A stretch of 64,000 nt of DNA, from the NCBI GenBank assembly GCA_965205725.1, contig OZ242189.1, forward strand, positions 2,407,973 through 2,471,972. Direction: 5' to 3'. The notes under the pieces were generated by a model. That model did no database searches. It had not been told where the DNA came from and saw nothing but the letters and a program-made list of their open reading frames with translations. The translations under genes and the position numbers were made by a program. This DNA is from Halieaceae bacterium. Lineage in GTDB: Bacteria > Pseudomonadota > Gammaproteobacteria > Pseudomonadales > Halieaceae. Positions within the stretch are counted from its first letter, which is position 1; each line of letters begins with the position of its first letter. Below are positions 19,970 through 28,904 of this stretch, one piece after another.

Positions 19970-22705
19970 TCATCCATCCTGAAAATACCAGTCCAGAGCC
20001 AATTCGGCTTCGTTCTCGGTGTCTTGTCGGAGTAGATTGGTCATCCAACTGTTTGCTTTATCCGAGCCAGCACTTATTTTAAAGCGGCACTCTCTGTTGG
20101 GATATTGGTCCTCCAGTGTGCGTACTTCGTCGTTATTGCCCAGCGCTCGATAGGCGCGTATCAGATTTTCGCTCCACTCCACGCGCCAGGGTGCTTTCTC
20201 CAATGCTTGCTCAATCATTTCAATACCATCATTAAGGTCGTTCTTGTGCAGATAAATCAGTCCGACCATGTACAGGCATGAGGCGTGATCCGGGTTGTGT
20301 TGCAACATCTTTTTGAAACTGAGTTCTGCGGCATCCAGGTTGCCCTCCGTAAACAGGTTCACGCCTTCGTGGTAAAAACCTGGCTCGGGCAGGCTCAACA
20401 TGTCATGGGATTCCGGGCGAATCTTGGCATTGGTACCACGAATAAGAGGTGTCAGATGATCCTGATAATGCTCCCACCGGGCCTTGGATGATTGATAGAT
20501 CGGCTGTCTTACTTGCCAGGCGCTGGCGGTTTTTACCGGTCGATCCAGGGTTTGGAAGCCCAGTACTCCAGGTTCCCACTCCACACCGATGTAGTCGAGC
20601 ATTTTCCGGCTGCAAGCTTCAGGGTCGCTGATGAGTTGCTCGTAATGAACGTCCAGAATTTGGCCGGGAAACAACTGATCCCAATGGTGCATTAGTAAAT
20701 TGTGATCAGCCAGTTGTTCGCCGATATGGGTGAGGTCATAGGCGAAACCCATGCCCCCATGGCGGGCTTGATAGTGGGTGAAGTAGTTAGATATCGCAAT
20801 ATCACGAGGATCGCGTCGAACGGAAATAATCTTTGCGTTCGGAAACAGAAATTTAATCAGGCCAATATTCTCAAAATTATGCGGCAGTTTATCGACGATG
20901 TGCTTTGCTTCAGGGGCATACTCGCGCAAGCTCTCCAGTAAGTTATTGGCGATACCGGCTGTGGTCTCTGCCGTTAGGTCATCCATACAATCAGGGTACT
21001 GACGAGCGGAGCCAATAATGCGCTCCCAGCGGTTCAGACCCTGAATGACCCTGGGAATAAGTCCCAGTTCTCCGGCCCCAAAAATCTGGCTGTGGCTGCC
21101 GATAATTTGTTCTACCAGGGTAGTGCCCGAGCGGGGCATGCCAACCACATACACTGGAACATGACTACCTACGCCGCAAGCAGACCGGTGTTCAAACAAT
21201 GCCTTGGAGTAGCGCATACGAATGTGATAGCAATTCTGTCGGTGGGCCACGGGATCGTAACTCAACAGTTGGTGGGCATGTGTGTTGGCCGCCTGGGCTA
21301 ACGAGAAAGCCTTTTCGTAGTCGTCTTTCTTCTCCCAGGCGGCGGCAATTTGAAACAGCAGGTCACTGGACAGGCTACCCTCAAGGCTTGGCATCTTCGC
21401 AGCTCGCTCTAACCGGTGCAGTGTTTCAGTGTCTTCAGGGAACTGTCGGGCGGTAATCAATGATGTGTAACTGGTGATTGGATCAAATGCACTGATTTGT
21501 TCAAACAGGGTGATGGCTTCGTCGATTTCTCCAGCCTGGAGTTTCATTTGGCCCAGGCCTCGCAGAGCCGGAGTGAAACCAGGCATGACATTCAACGCCT
21601 CTCTATACAGGCTCTCGGCTTGCTCGGTGTGTCCGTCCCAGCTTTCTACTTCAGCGAGCACGCTAGACACGCTTGCCAGCAACGCTAACTCAGTCGTTTC
21701 CGCCGATTGCGCGAGCTGTTTTGCTTTCTCTGCAGCTTCTCTGGCTTCATCTGTAGCTGTATGAATATTGAGCTGGGCCAGACGCACCCACAGGCCAACA
21801 TCGTCCGGATTCTCCTTTAGTGCTCCCTGAATAAGCCGCTGTGCAGACAACTGGTGGCCCAGCAGTTGCTCTAGCGCGGCGAGTTTTAAGTGTAGCTCCC
21901 GGTTGCCTTTGTAGCGGCCAAGGTGATCTCTTAAAAAATAGGATGCCTGTTCCTGATGGTCACATCTTGCCAGTTGGTCGGCGTACCCTAATAGCCAAAA
22001 CAGATGGGTCTCTTTTTGGGCTGCCAACGTCTCAATCCACGATTCAGCCTGCGCAAATTGGTTGGTGATGACCCACAGGCGAACCTGCAGACCATGGAGC
22101 ATGTCCCGATAGCGGCTGATAACATCGGCTGGGTAGGCTATTTGGGGGTTATCTAGCGCTTCTGAAGTACGAACAATTGATTGCTGGGCTGTCTCGAAGT
22201 GCCCTGAGTGTATTTCAGCGGCGATTAGGTTGATCTTGACTGATATACGGGAATCGTCAATGCGTGCGGCCTGTTCTAGCCATTGTATTGCTTGCTGCGT
22301 ATCACCTTGAGCGAGACAGCAGGTGCCCATGCGGGTGAGGTAGACGCTGTTGTTTTTTGCACTTGGATCCAGTGCCTGGAGCAATTGTTGTGCCTCAATG
22401 ATGCGACCCAGCGATATGAAAACGGCTGCGAGGTCGACCTGTGCAAGTTCATCCAGCGTATCGACTGAAAGAATGGCTTGTTGAACGCGCGGGTCCTGTA
22501 CGGTTTCACTTTTCTGAACCAGCGCGAGCGCTAACAAGGGTAGCGCAGCCGGACTCTGTGATTCACTCCACAGCTTATCTGCTTCAGCGTATAGCTTGTC
22601 GAACTGTTGAAATTCAACCAGTTGTCTTAGCTGGTCGATGGTTGTTGAATCCTGAACTATAGGTGCCATATGAAAGACCCAAAATTTATACATTGGACTG
22701 CGCAA
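19970..22705 (-). CDS. TPR-repeat protein with a central sulfotransferase domain
   Basis: 911 aa. Long N-terminal TPR arrays are followed by the PAPS 5'-phosphosulfate loop MPRSGTTLVEQIIGSH and a 3'-PB-like ISVRRDPRDIAIS. C-terminal TPRs follow. The start may instead be at 22669 (MAPIVQ). Confidence 0.8.
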   Translation of the reverse strand: MRSPMYKFWVFHMAPIVQDSTTIDQLRQLVEFQQFDKLYAEADKLWSESQSPAALPLLALALVQKSETVQDPRVQQAILSVDTLDELAQVDLAAVFISLGRIIEAQQLLQALDPSAKNNSVYLTRMGTCCLAQGDTQQAIQWLEQAARIDDSRISVKINLIAAEIHSGHFETAQQSIVRTSEALDNPQIAYPADVISRYRDMLHGLQVRLWVITNQFAQAESWIETLAAQKETHLFWLLGYADQLARCDHQEQASYFLRDHLGRYKGNRELHLKLAALEQLLGHQLSAQRLIQGALKENPDDVGLWVRLAQLNIHTATDEAREAAEKAKQLAQSAETTELALLASVSSVLAEVESWDGHTEQAESLYREALNVMPGFTPALRGLGQMKLQAGEIDEAITLFEQISAFDPITSYTSLITARQFPEDTETLHRLERAAKMPSLEGSLSSDLLFQIAAAWEKKDDYEKAFSLAQAANTHAHQLLSYDPVAHRQNCYHIRMRYSKALFEHRSACGVGSHVPVYVVGMPRSGTTLVEQIIGSHSQIFGAGELGLIPRVIQGLNRWERIIGSARQYPDCMDDLTAETTAGIANNLLESLREYAPEAKHIVDKLPHNFENIGLIKFLFPNAKIISVRRDPRDIAISNYFTHYQARHGGMGFAYDLTHIGEQLADHNLLMHHWDQLFPGQILDVHYEQLISDPEACSRKMLDYIGVEWEPGVLGFQTLDRPVKTASAWQVRQPIYQSSKARWEHYQDHLTPLIRGTNAKIRPESHDMLSLPEPGFYHEGVNLFTEGNLDAAELSFKKMLQHNPDHASCLYMVGLIYLHKNDLNDGIEMIEQALEKAPWRVEWSENLIRAYRALGNNDEVRTLEDQYPNRECRFKISAGSDKANSWMTNLLRQDTENEAELALDWYFQDG

Positions 22706-23129
22706 CGGGCCGTGATTCCGGCCCGCGACAGGGCTGTTGCTCTGGAGACTGGTATTGTCTTGTTAGAAGCCGTTAAAGATATCGATTGTCTCAAATGAGG
22801 TAATATCCACCAAGGCCGGTAAGACGGCCAGTGCATTTTGTGCGTTGATGCCTGCAAGAGTTCCAGCCCACAGGTCCACGTTATCGGTTCCTCTATTGTA
22901 TACCCAATTGAACGCGCCATGACATCCCCCTTCGTGAAATATTCGGGCTAGACCATTTCAAAATACCCCGATGCAGCCCTTCATTGGTGACAATCTCGCG
23001 GATAAACACGGTAGGCACAGTTATAGCCTGGGCGACATCGGTCTGATTGAAACTAAGGTGCGAGATTTATTTTGGGATTATCAGGGCTATTTCCAGATTC
23101 CTGAAGAGCAGGTGCCATAAATGGTACCT

Positions 23130-23717
23130 TTAGTGCGCAGTAGCTGCGTCTCCCCAGATATCCGTTAAGCGGGCGTCGCGGCCGCAGCGATACCTGTAAT
23201 ACTTGTAACGAATTGGGTTTTTCTTGTAATAATTCTGGTGATGTTCCTCTACCGGCCAAAACTCAGTGGCGGCCAGCACTTGCGTCATTACTGACTCTCC
23301 TTTGAGCTGTTCTATTACCCTGGATTTTGAGCTCTGTGCCAGCATTTGCTGCTGCGGATTCAGGTAGAAAATTGCAGCTCGATAGCTTGGGCCTCTGTCA
23401 CAGAACTGTCCTTGATCATCCAGAGGGTCAACGCTCACCCAATACAAATCCAGCAAATCCTGAAAGCTGATGACGGAGGGGTCATAGTTGACTTTGATCG
23501 CTTCATAGTGACCGTCGTGGTTGCCCTTGTAGGTGGGGTTTTTGAGCGTGCCACCGGTAAAACCAGATATCACGTCTTCTACACCTGCTACATCCTGAAA
23601 ATCAGACTCCATGCACCAGAAACAACCGCCAGCAAAAATTGCTTCTGCTGCTGCTACTGGAGTCGGCAAGGTGAATGAGGCAAGAGTGAATAGCGTACTT
23701 GGAAAAATATGCTTCAT
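23130..23717 (-). CDS. msrA: Peptide methionine sulfoxide reductase MsrA, with signal peptide
   Basis: The active site GGCFWCMES is preceded by a signal sequence ending PVAAAEA. Confidence 0.93.
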   Translation of the reverse strand: MKHIFPSTLFTLASFTLPTPVAAAEAIFAGGCFWCMESDFQDVAGVEDVISGFTGGTLKNPTYKGNHDGHYEAIKVNYDPSVISFQDLLDLYWVSVDPLDDQGQFCDRGPSYRAAIFYLNPQQQMLAQSSKSRVIEQLKGESVMTQVLAATEFWPVEEHHQNYYKKNPIRYKYYRYRCGRDARLTDIWGDAATAH

Positions 23718-23767
23718 GCCAGAATAGACCAGAACCCCACGCGATAGTTCATCGCCGTGACAAAAGG

Positions 23768-24460
23768 TCAGCTTGCCAGATATTGTTCAACGACCTCTTT
23801 GGCGGGCCCCAGGGCTTTGGTCACGCCATGGTCTATCCACAAAACCTGCTCACAAAGTTCAAGCACGCTCTTTTCATTGTGGGATACATAAACGACGGTT
23901 TGCTCCGAGTGTATCCGTTCACGCATTAAGGACTCACATTTATCGCGAAAGTTTTTATCCCCCACCGCCAAAACCTCGTCAATCAATAGTACGTCTGCAT
24001 CCAGCTTGGCGGCTCGGGCAAAGTTAAGTCGCCCTTTCATGCCGGCAGAGTATGTGCTGACGGGTTTATGAATATTATCCCCAAGTTCGGCAAATTCGAG
24101 AATTGCATCGAGGTTTTGTTTTACATCTTGCTCGCTGAAACCCAAAAGAACGCCGCCCAACAAAATATTTTGCAATCCGCTGAGATCCGGGTAAAAGCCC
24201 CCCGAGAGGCTCATCAGGGCGGTTTTAACGCCGTGGTTTTTAACGGTGCCCTGATTTGGGTCGATGATGCCGGCCATCAGACGTAGCAGGGTGCTTTTCC
24301 CAACGCCATTGTTGCCGACTACGCCCAGGCTCTCGCCGCGACGCAGGGCGAAGCTCAGGTCACGAAACACCCACTCGATGGTGCCGCGTCTAAATAAGCT
24401 GCGGTTGCGTTCGTAATATACGGCAACCCCCTCTAGCTCCAACACCTTCTCTGAGCTCAT
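23768..24460 (-). CDS. ABC transporter ATP-binding protein, polysaccharide/polyol-phosphate export type (Wzt/KpsT/TagH-like)
   Basis: Walker A GNNGVGKST, signature YSAGMKGRL, Walker B LLIDEVLAVGD. It overlaps the upstream permease gene by 4 nt. Confidence 0.9.
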   Translation of the reverse strand: MSSEKVLELEGVAVYYERNRSLFRRGTIEWVFRDLSFALRRGESLGVVGNNGVGKSTLLRLMAGIIDPNQGTVKNHGVKTALMSLSGGFYPDLSGLQNILLGGVLLGFSEQDVKQNLDAILEFAELGDNIHKPVSTYSAGMKGRLNFARAAKLDADVLLIDEVLAVGDKNFRDKCESLMRERIHSEQTVVYVSHNEKSVLELCEQVLWIDHGVTKALGPAKEVVEQYLAS

Positions 24461-25350
24461 CTGGACAGTAACCTCGGATAGGTTTTGTCATGTTGGCGAA
24501 TCAGCACCAGGCCAATGCTCAGCAAAACGAGTGAAATCAGGAAAACATAGAGCAGCCAGATGTAGTCCGGGTTCTCGCCAGCGATTAGAATATGTCGCGT
24601 TTCGGCAATCATTGTGGCCAATGGATTGAGCATCAGCCACTCTCGATACTCTTCGGGTACCTCCTCATCAATGCGATAGAACACGCCAGACAAGAACATG
24701 CCCAAGCGCAGTAGCAGGGTTACCACGTGTCTAATATCGTTCATGAAAGGCAGCATATGTGCTGTGATCATGCCGCAGGCACTGGCGAAAAGTAGTTGTA
24801 GCAAAAACAACACTGGCAACCATAGCCAAGTGAGGCTGGGGCCGATGGTGAGTCCGAGAATGAACAGCAATATGACAAATAAAATCAGCGCTTTGGCCGC
24901 CTCTGCGCTAATGGCGATGATGGGCAACAAGTGCTTGGGAATATAGACTTGTTGCATCAACAGCGACGCTTGTTGGATAGAGGTCGTGGTTTTCTGAATG
25001 GAGCTGGAAAACCAGGCCCATAAAGTAACACCGACCAGCAGGTCATAAATGAATCCAGGGCCGCCGCGCTGCAAAATGAAGCCAAACACCAGATAAAATA
25101 CCGCCAGCATCAGCGCAGGCTCCAATATCCACCATGTATAGCCAAGACGGTTTTTTGCGGCGTCGCGAGAGAATTCAGCAAGTATACTGAGGCGGCAGAA
25201 GTCTAAATAGTATCGGCGGGAAGATGCCACGCTGTAATTGATTGCTTGTCCTGTGGAAGCGAAAGTGTAGCACAGGCGGGTGTTACGACAGGGCAAAATG
25301 ACTGTGTTTGCCTCAGTTTGGCTGGAACAGTTAAGGTCGCTCAATCTCAT
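24457..25350 (-). CDS. ABC-2 type exporter permease (Wzm/KpsM-like)
   Basis: LGYTWWILEPALM followed by 6 TM segments is typical of ABC-2 permeases. The start is uncertain: the track begins at 25443, and I favour M at 25350 or a later non-ATG start. Confidence 0.75.
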   Translation of the reverse strand: MRLSDLNCSSQTEANTVILPCRNTRLCYTFASTGQAINYSVASSRRYYLDFCRLSILAEFSRDAAKNRLGYTWWILEPALMLAVFYLVFGFILQRGGPGFIYDLLVGVTLWAWFSSSIQKTTTSIQQASLLMQQVYIPKHLLPIIAISAEAAKALILFVILLFILGLTIGPSLTWLWLPVLFLLQLLFASACGMITAHMLPFMNDIRHVVTLLLRLGMFLSGVFYRIDEEVPEEYREWLMLNPLATMIAETRHILIAGENPDYIWLLYVFLISLVLLSIGLVLIRQHDKTYPRLLSR

Positions 25351-25365
25351 CAGGATGAATCTTTG

Positions 25366-25965
25366 ATGCAAGCGCGCACTCGACAGCATAGAACTCAGCA
25401 GGAACTCAATGTTCGCCTGACGGCCATGCTCAAAGCGGCACAATTATTGCCCGTGGTGACCGTAAGCAGTGTGGAACAGGCGCTTGAACTATCGGGAGAA
25501 CTGCTACGGCAGGGCTTAACTGCGGTAGAAATTACGCTGCGCTCTGCCGCCGCGCTCCCTGCACTAACCGCTGTAAAGCAGGCTTATCCGGAGTTGCTGG
25601 TTGCAGCGGGTACGGTTAACACGCCCACTCAAATGCAGGCAGTGGCGGAGGCTGGCGTGGATTTTGCTGTGAGTCCAGGCACGACTCCAGCGCTCATTGC
25701 AGCATCGCAAACGCTTGCACTGCCTTATTTACCCGGCGTTGCAACTCCCTCGGAAATGCTTGCTGCGGGAGAACGCGGTCTTGAATACCTAAAGCTTTAC
25801 CCAGCCGTCGCTGTAGGCGGTGTGGCGCTGTTAAAATCCATTGCCTCGCCCTTGGCCCAATTCAAGTTCTGTCCAACCGGTGGTTTGAATGAAAGCAACT
25901 ATGAAGAGTTCCTGGTGTTACCCAATGTGGTTTGCGTCGGCGGTTCCTGGATGGTCCCTGGCTAA
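25366..25965 (+). CDS. eda: KDPG/KHG aldolase (Eda family), apparently lacking the C-terminal helix
   Basis: Motifs LPVVTV, EITLRS, GTVNTP, Schiff-base lysine context YLKLYPA, FCPTGG and GGSWMVPG*. The E. coli protein continues about 25 residues past GGSWLVP. The start could be 25366 or 25426. Confidence 0.75.
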   Translation: MQARTRQHRTQQELNVRLTAMLKAAQLLPVVTVSSVEQALELSGELLRQGLTAVEITLRSAAALPALTAVKQAYPELLVAAGTVNTPTQMQAVAEAGVDFAVSPGTTPALIAASQTLALPYLPGVATPSEMLAAGERGLEYLKLYPAVAVGGVALLKSIASPLAQFKFCPTGGLNESNYEEFLVLPNVVCVGGSWMVPG

Positions 25966-25987
25966 TTAAGTTGTAGTTGAGTATTAA

Positions 25988-26126
25988 GAGACCTTTGCAC
26001 GGAAGATGATTTCACTTTCAGGCAAGGCAAAAACGCACGGAATGAGGGAGTTTATGCTTATAAATGACCGATTGAGTACGATTTTAACGCAGCATGCAGG
26101 TGAAATGGCTTTCGTGCAAAGGTCTC
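25988..26126 (+). mobile_element. 139-bp MITE, copy 1
   Basis: Terminal inverted repeats are GAGACCTTTGCACGGAAG...CTTTCGTGCAAAGGTCTC. The copy is flanked by the 5-bp direct duplication ATTAA. It is identical, or nearly so, to the copies at 32263 and 46227. Confidence 0.85.
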
Positions 26127-26164
26127 ATTAAATCAGTTGGCTAGTCAATTAGTTGAGTACTGGA

Positions 26165-27358
26165 TCATTTTCTCTGGAAGAGGCTGGGTAAATCGGTGTC
26201 GTCGGCCCTAAGAATCTGCTCCAACCATTGATGAAAGTTCTGGCCGCCAGCTTCATTGCGACCAAACAACACATGTTCTTTCAGTCCGGTTTTCAGGGCT
26301 CGCTGCTGGTTCAGGCCGGTGGCGTAGTCTTCTTGTTCCACCACATATTTGAGAAATTCAAGTTGTTCACAGGCAGATTGACGTGTTGCTTCATCATCGG
26401 GCAGCTTTTCCATCAGGTAATTTTGAACCGTCAATGAGGTGCCCGGCGTGGCTCCGGGAAATAGCTGCGAGATCATGACACTGCGTCCACCGCCATTAAA
26501 TCCGGCGATGGAAATGTGTGGAAATATCGTCCATACCCCGGCTAACAGCGCATCCGCAGGCCAATCTTCTTCCGGCTGATCCATAAACTCTGTCATGCTG
26601 ATATCCGGTGAGCTCACTCGTTGGTGTGGGCCCCAGTTGTAGTAGAGCGCTTGACTGGAGAAATCAGAACCAAAGGTGTCTTTGTGCAGAATGGGCAGAT
26701 GGTAAAAATCCAGATAGCCATCGTAGGCTATCTTCCAGTTGGGTCCTGCAATCGTGCTCTGAGAAAACATCTGCCATTCGGAAAAATCAAACAGCGACAG
26801 CATCTCATCATAGCCGCAAAGAAAATCTTCAATATTCAAATTTGAGCCCGGCTGGGGGATCACCCAAATCAGCCCAGCCCGCTCCAGAACCGGCAGTTCG
26901 TCGAGCCCGTTGTCAGACTTTCCCACGTCGCCAAACTGCTTTTCATTATAGACAGCGGTCAGCTTTCCATCGAGATTGTAGTTCCAGGCGTGATAGGGGC
27001 AGGTGAAGCGATGGGCGTTGCCCTTGCTCTCTGGCATGATTACTGCGCCCCGGTGGGAGCACATATTCAGGAAGGCCTTTACCTCACCGTTTTTTCCGCG
27101 GCTAATCAGTATGGGGATGTCGCCGACAAACATGGCCTTGTAGTCGCCGGGCTGGGCCAGCTCGCAACTGGCAGCCAGCATGAGCGGCAAGCGACCAAAT
27201 ACTTGCTTCATTTCCTGACGCCAGCGGTTCTCCTCGTAGTAATGTTCAGCGGGAATGCGAACAATGTCAGCAGTCGGCTCGATAGTTCCGGCGGCAGCGT
27301 GTGCCACGTTGTGTTTGGCCATTTCAATGAGTTTGGCGCGGCTCATAAGCGTGTCCAT
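26165..27358 (-). CDS. Rieske [2Fe-2S] ring-hydroxylating oxygenase, alpha subunit
   Basis: The Rieske motif is CSHRG...CPYHAWNY, followed by a catalytic domain. I chose the start at MDTLMSRAKL (27358). The track N-terminus (SRSLPGSRSLP) is a translated tandem repeat. Confidence 0.85.
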   Translation of the reverse strand: MDTLMSRAKLIEMAKHNVAHAAAGTIEPTADIVRIPAEHYYEENRWRQEMKQVFGRLPLMLAASCELAQPGDYKAMFVGDIPILISRGKNGEVKAFLNMCSHRGAVIMPESKGNAHRFTCPYHAWNYNLDGKLTAVYNEKQFGDVGKSDNGLDELPVLERAGLIWVIPQPGSNLNIEDFLCGYDEMLSLFDFSEWQMFSQSTIAGPNWKIAYDGYLDFYHLPILHKDTFGSDFSSQALYYNWGPHQRVSSPDISMTEFMDQPEEDWPADALLAGVWTIFPHISIAGFNGGGRSVMISQLFPGATPGTSLTVQNYLMEKLPDDEATRQSACEQLEFLKYVVEQEDYATGLNQQRALKTGLKEHVLFGRNEAGGQNFHQWLEQILRADDTDLPSLFQRK

Positions 27359-27430
27359 ATGTATAGCGAGAGTAAAAACAGGATAAATTGATTGTTTTAT
27401 TGTATGGCATACAGTGGCCTTTGCAAGGTG

Positions 27431-27484
27431 ACTCCTGGAACTGGGTAAACTCCTGGAGCCGGGTAAACTCCTGGAGCCGGGTAA
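27431..27484. repeat. 18-bp tandem repeat x3 in the patatin/Rieske intergenic region
   Basis: actcctggaactgggtaa / actcctggagccgggtaa / actcctggagccgggtaa. The array lies 73-126 nt upstream of the Rieske oxygenase start. Confidence 0.9.
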
Positions 27485-27517
27485 GAGGCTGGACGGACAG
27501 ATCAAGCAATAGTTTGA

Positions 27518-28663
27518 TCAGGCAGGGCCGTCATTGAAAAAGGCGTGAATGCGCTCTGCATCCCACATCGCGTCGCGGTAGCCCAGTGCTATCAATTCGT
27601 CCACAAACGGTTTTGCAAACAATAAGTAGCTAGCTGCGGTGGCGCCACCACCGCTGGTTGTTGCGCCTGTGCTGCGCAAAAACATACGCAGACTATTGGG
27701 CAGATGGTGGATCTTGCGGCCAGCGATTTTGTCCACTTGCTCGGTCGGCGAAATAACCAGGCTCTCAATACGTCTCAATGGTGTTGCCCCTTTGTTGCGT
27801 TTTTCCTCGGGAATCAAATCAATCAAGCGGTTAATGCGTTCCAGGTTTTCAATATCTCCCTCAAGACTGTCGATAAACGCACTGTTTAGCATATGGCCGA
27901 TAATCTGAGCCATTGAGGGCGAGCGCCTGGCGGGTGCGTGGCTGCGCTGAACATTTGGGTCCCGATTGCCACTGACGCCAATAACGAAAACTCGCTCAGC
28001 GCCTAGGTGCAGGGCCGGGCTGATCGGTGCCAGTTGCCGCAATGCGCCATCGCCGTAAAATTCATATTCGATGCGAGTGGTGGGGAACAGGGCGGGTATC
28101 GCAGAGGATGCCATTAAGTGGTCAACCCCCAGCAGAGTCCTGCGGCCATGGCGCCGGTGTCGCTCCCAGCTTTGCATATTTTGAGAGGCCTGGAAGAAGC
28201 TCATGGAGCGGCCTGAGCTATACCCCATTGCTGTGACGCAGACTGCTTCGATATCTCCGCGGGCGATTGCCCGGTCGATATTTTCAAAATTGATGTTGCG
28301 TTTGATCAATTGACGCAGTGGGCTGTTATCAAGCAGTGCGATGGGCTTTCCTATGCCAACCCCCTGATTGAATAGAGAGAACCCAAACCTGCTGAGACCC
28401 TTGAGTGTTTCCCACACGCCGTAGCGGTAAATATCTCCTGGGTTCAGATTGCTCCAGATTGTTTCAAGTGCTGCTACCGAATTCTTGAAGTTGCCCTCAT
28501 GTGCTGCCAGCGTGACTGCATTGATTGCACCGGCTGAAGTGCCACAGATAATCGGAAAAGGATTGCGCGTGTCATCGGGCAGCAGTTCAGCAAGGGCTTT
28601 GAGTACACCCACTTGATAGGCGCCACGAGCGCCACCGCCAGAAAGTATCAGAGCATTTTTCAC
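27518..28663 (-). CDS. Patatin-like phospholipase
   Basis: Oxyanion motif GGGARGAYQVG, nucleophile elbow GTSAGA and the catalytic Asp motif YGDGAL. Confidence 0.9.
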   Translation of the reverse strand: MKNALILSGGGARGAYQVGVLKALAELLPDDTRNPFPIICGTSAGAINAVTLAAHEGNFKNSVAALETIWSNLNPGDIYRYGVWETLKGLSRFGFSLFNQGVGIGKPIALLDNSPLRQLIKRNINFENIDRAIARGDIEAVCVTAMGYSSGRSMSFFQASQNMQSWERHRRHGRRTLLGVDHLMASSAIPALFPTTRIEYEFYGDGALRQLAPISPALHLGAERVFVIGVSGNRDPNVQRSHAPARRSPSMAQIIGHMLNSAFIDSLEGDIENLERINRLIDLIPEEKRNKGATPLRRIESLVISPTEQVDKIAGRKIHHLPNSLRMFLRSTGATTSGGGATAASYLLFAKPFVDELIALGYRDAMWDAERIHAFFNDGPA

Positions 28664-28667
28664 AGGA

Positions 28668-28904
28668 TTAGAGATTATCCAAGCTCGTGCCCCTGGCTTC
28701 CAAAATTGGTTTCAGCCCTGTATAGGCCGCAGGTGTTTTATGCAGTGGAGTCGATGAAAACAGGTGGCAAACCAGGCGGTATTCCATACCTGAGCCCATA
28801 CCTGCGTAAGGAACCGTGCCCACGGGTGACTGCCGGCCGCGAGTGATCATAAGGCCTTCAATAGATAGCGCATGGTTCTCGGGTGTGTTTTCTTCCAGGC
28901 TCAT
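28668..28904 (-). CDS. Hypothetical protein (78 aa), possibly PH-like
   Basis: ORF MSLEENTPENHALSIEGLMITRGRQSPVGTVPY.... Its ATG overlaps the stop of the upstream small ORF (ATGA), and it ends 4 nt before the patatin ATG. Confidence 0.35.
   Translation of the reverse strand: MSLEENTPENHALSIEGLMITRGRQSPVGTVPYAGMGSGMEYRLVCHLFSSTPLHKTPAAYTGLKPILEARGTSLDNL

Noticed and set aside
22706-23129. Frame-broken minus-strand peptides between msrA and the sulfotransferase. Examples: ...FNQTDVAQAITVPTVFIREIVTNEGLHRGILK... and ...NGLARIFHEGGCHGAFNWVYNRGTDNVDLWAGTLAGINAQNALAVLPALVDITSFETIDIFNGF*.
   Set aside because: They look like a decayed gene with no start codon and at least one frameshift, but I could not assign any family by eye. 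I leave the region unannotated.
25246-25443. The long N-terminal extensions of the eda ORF (from 25246) and the ABC-2 permease ORF (to 25443) overlap each other on opposite strands.
   Set aside because: Both extensions lack similarity to the respective families. Internal starts (25366 or 25426 for eda; 25350 or later for the permease) remove the overlap.
27518-28663. Patatin-like phospholipase as a CBASS-type or other defence effector.
   Set aside because: There is no cyclase/nucleotidyltransferase, no sensor and no other defence gene adjacent. The neighbours are metabolic (Rieske oxygenase, HAD phosphatase). I treat it as an ordinary lipase.
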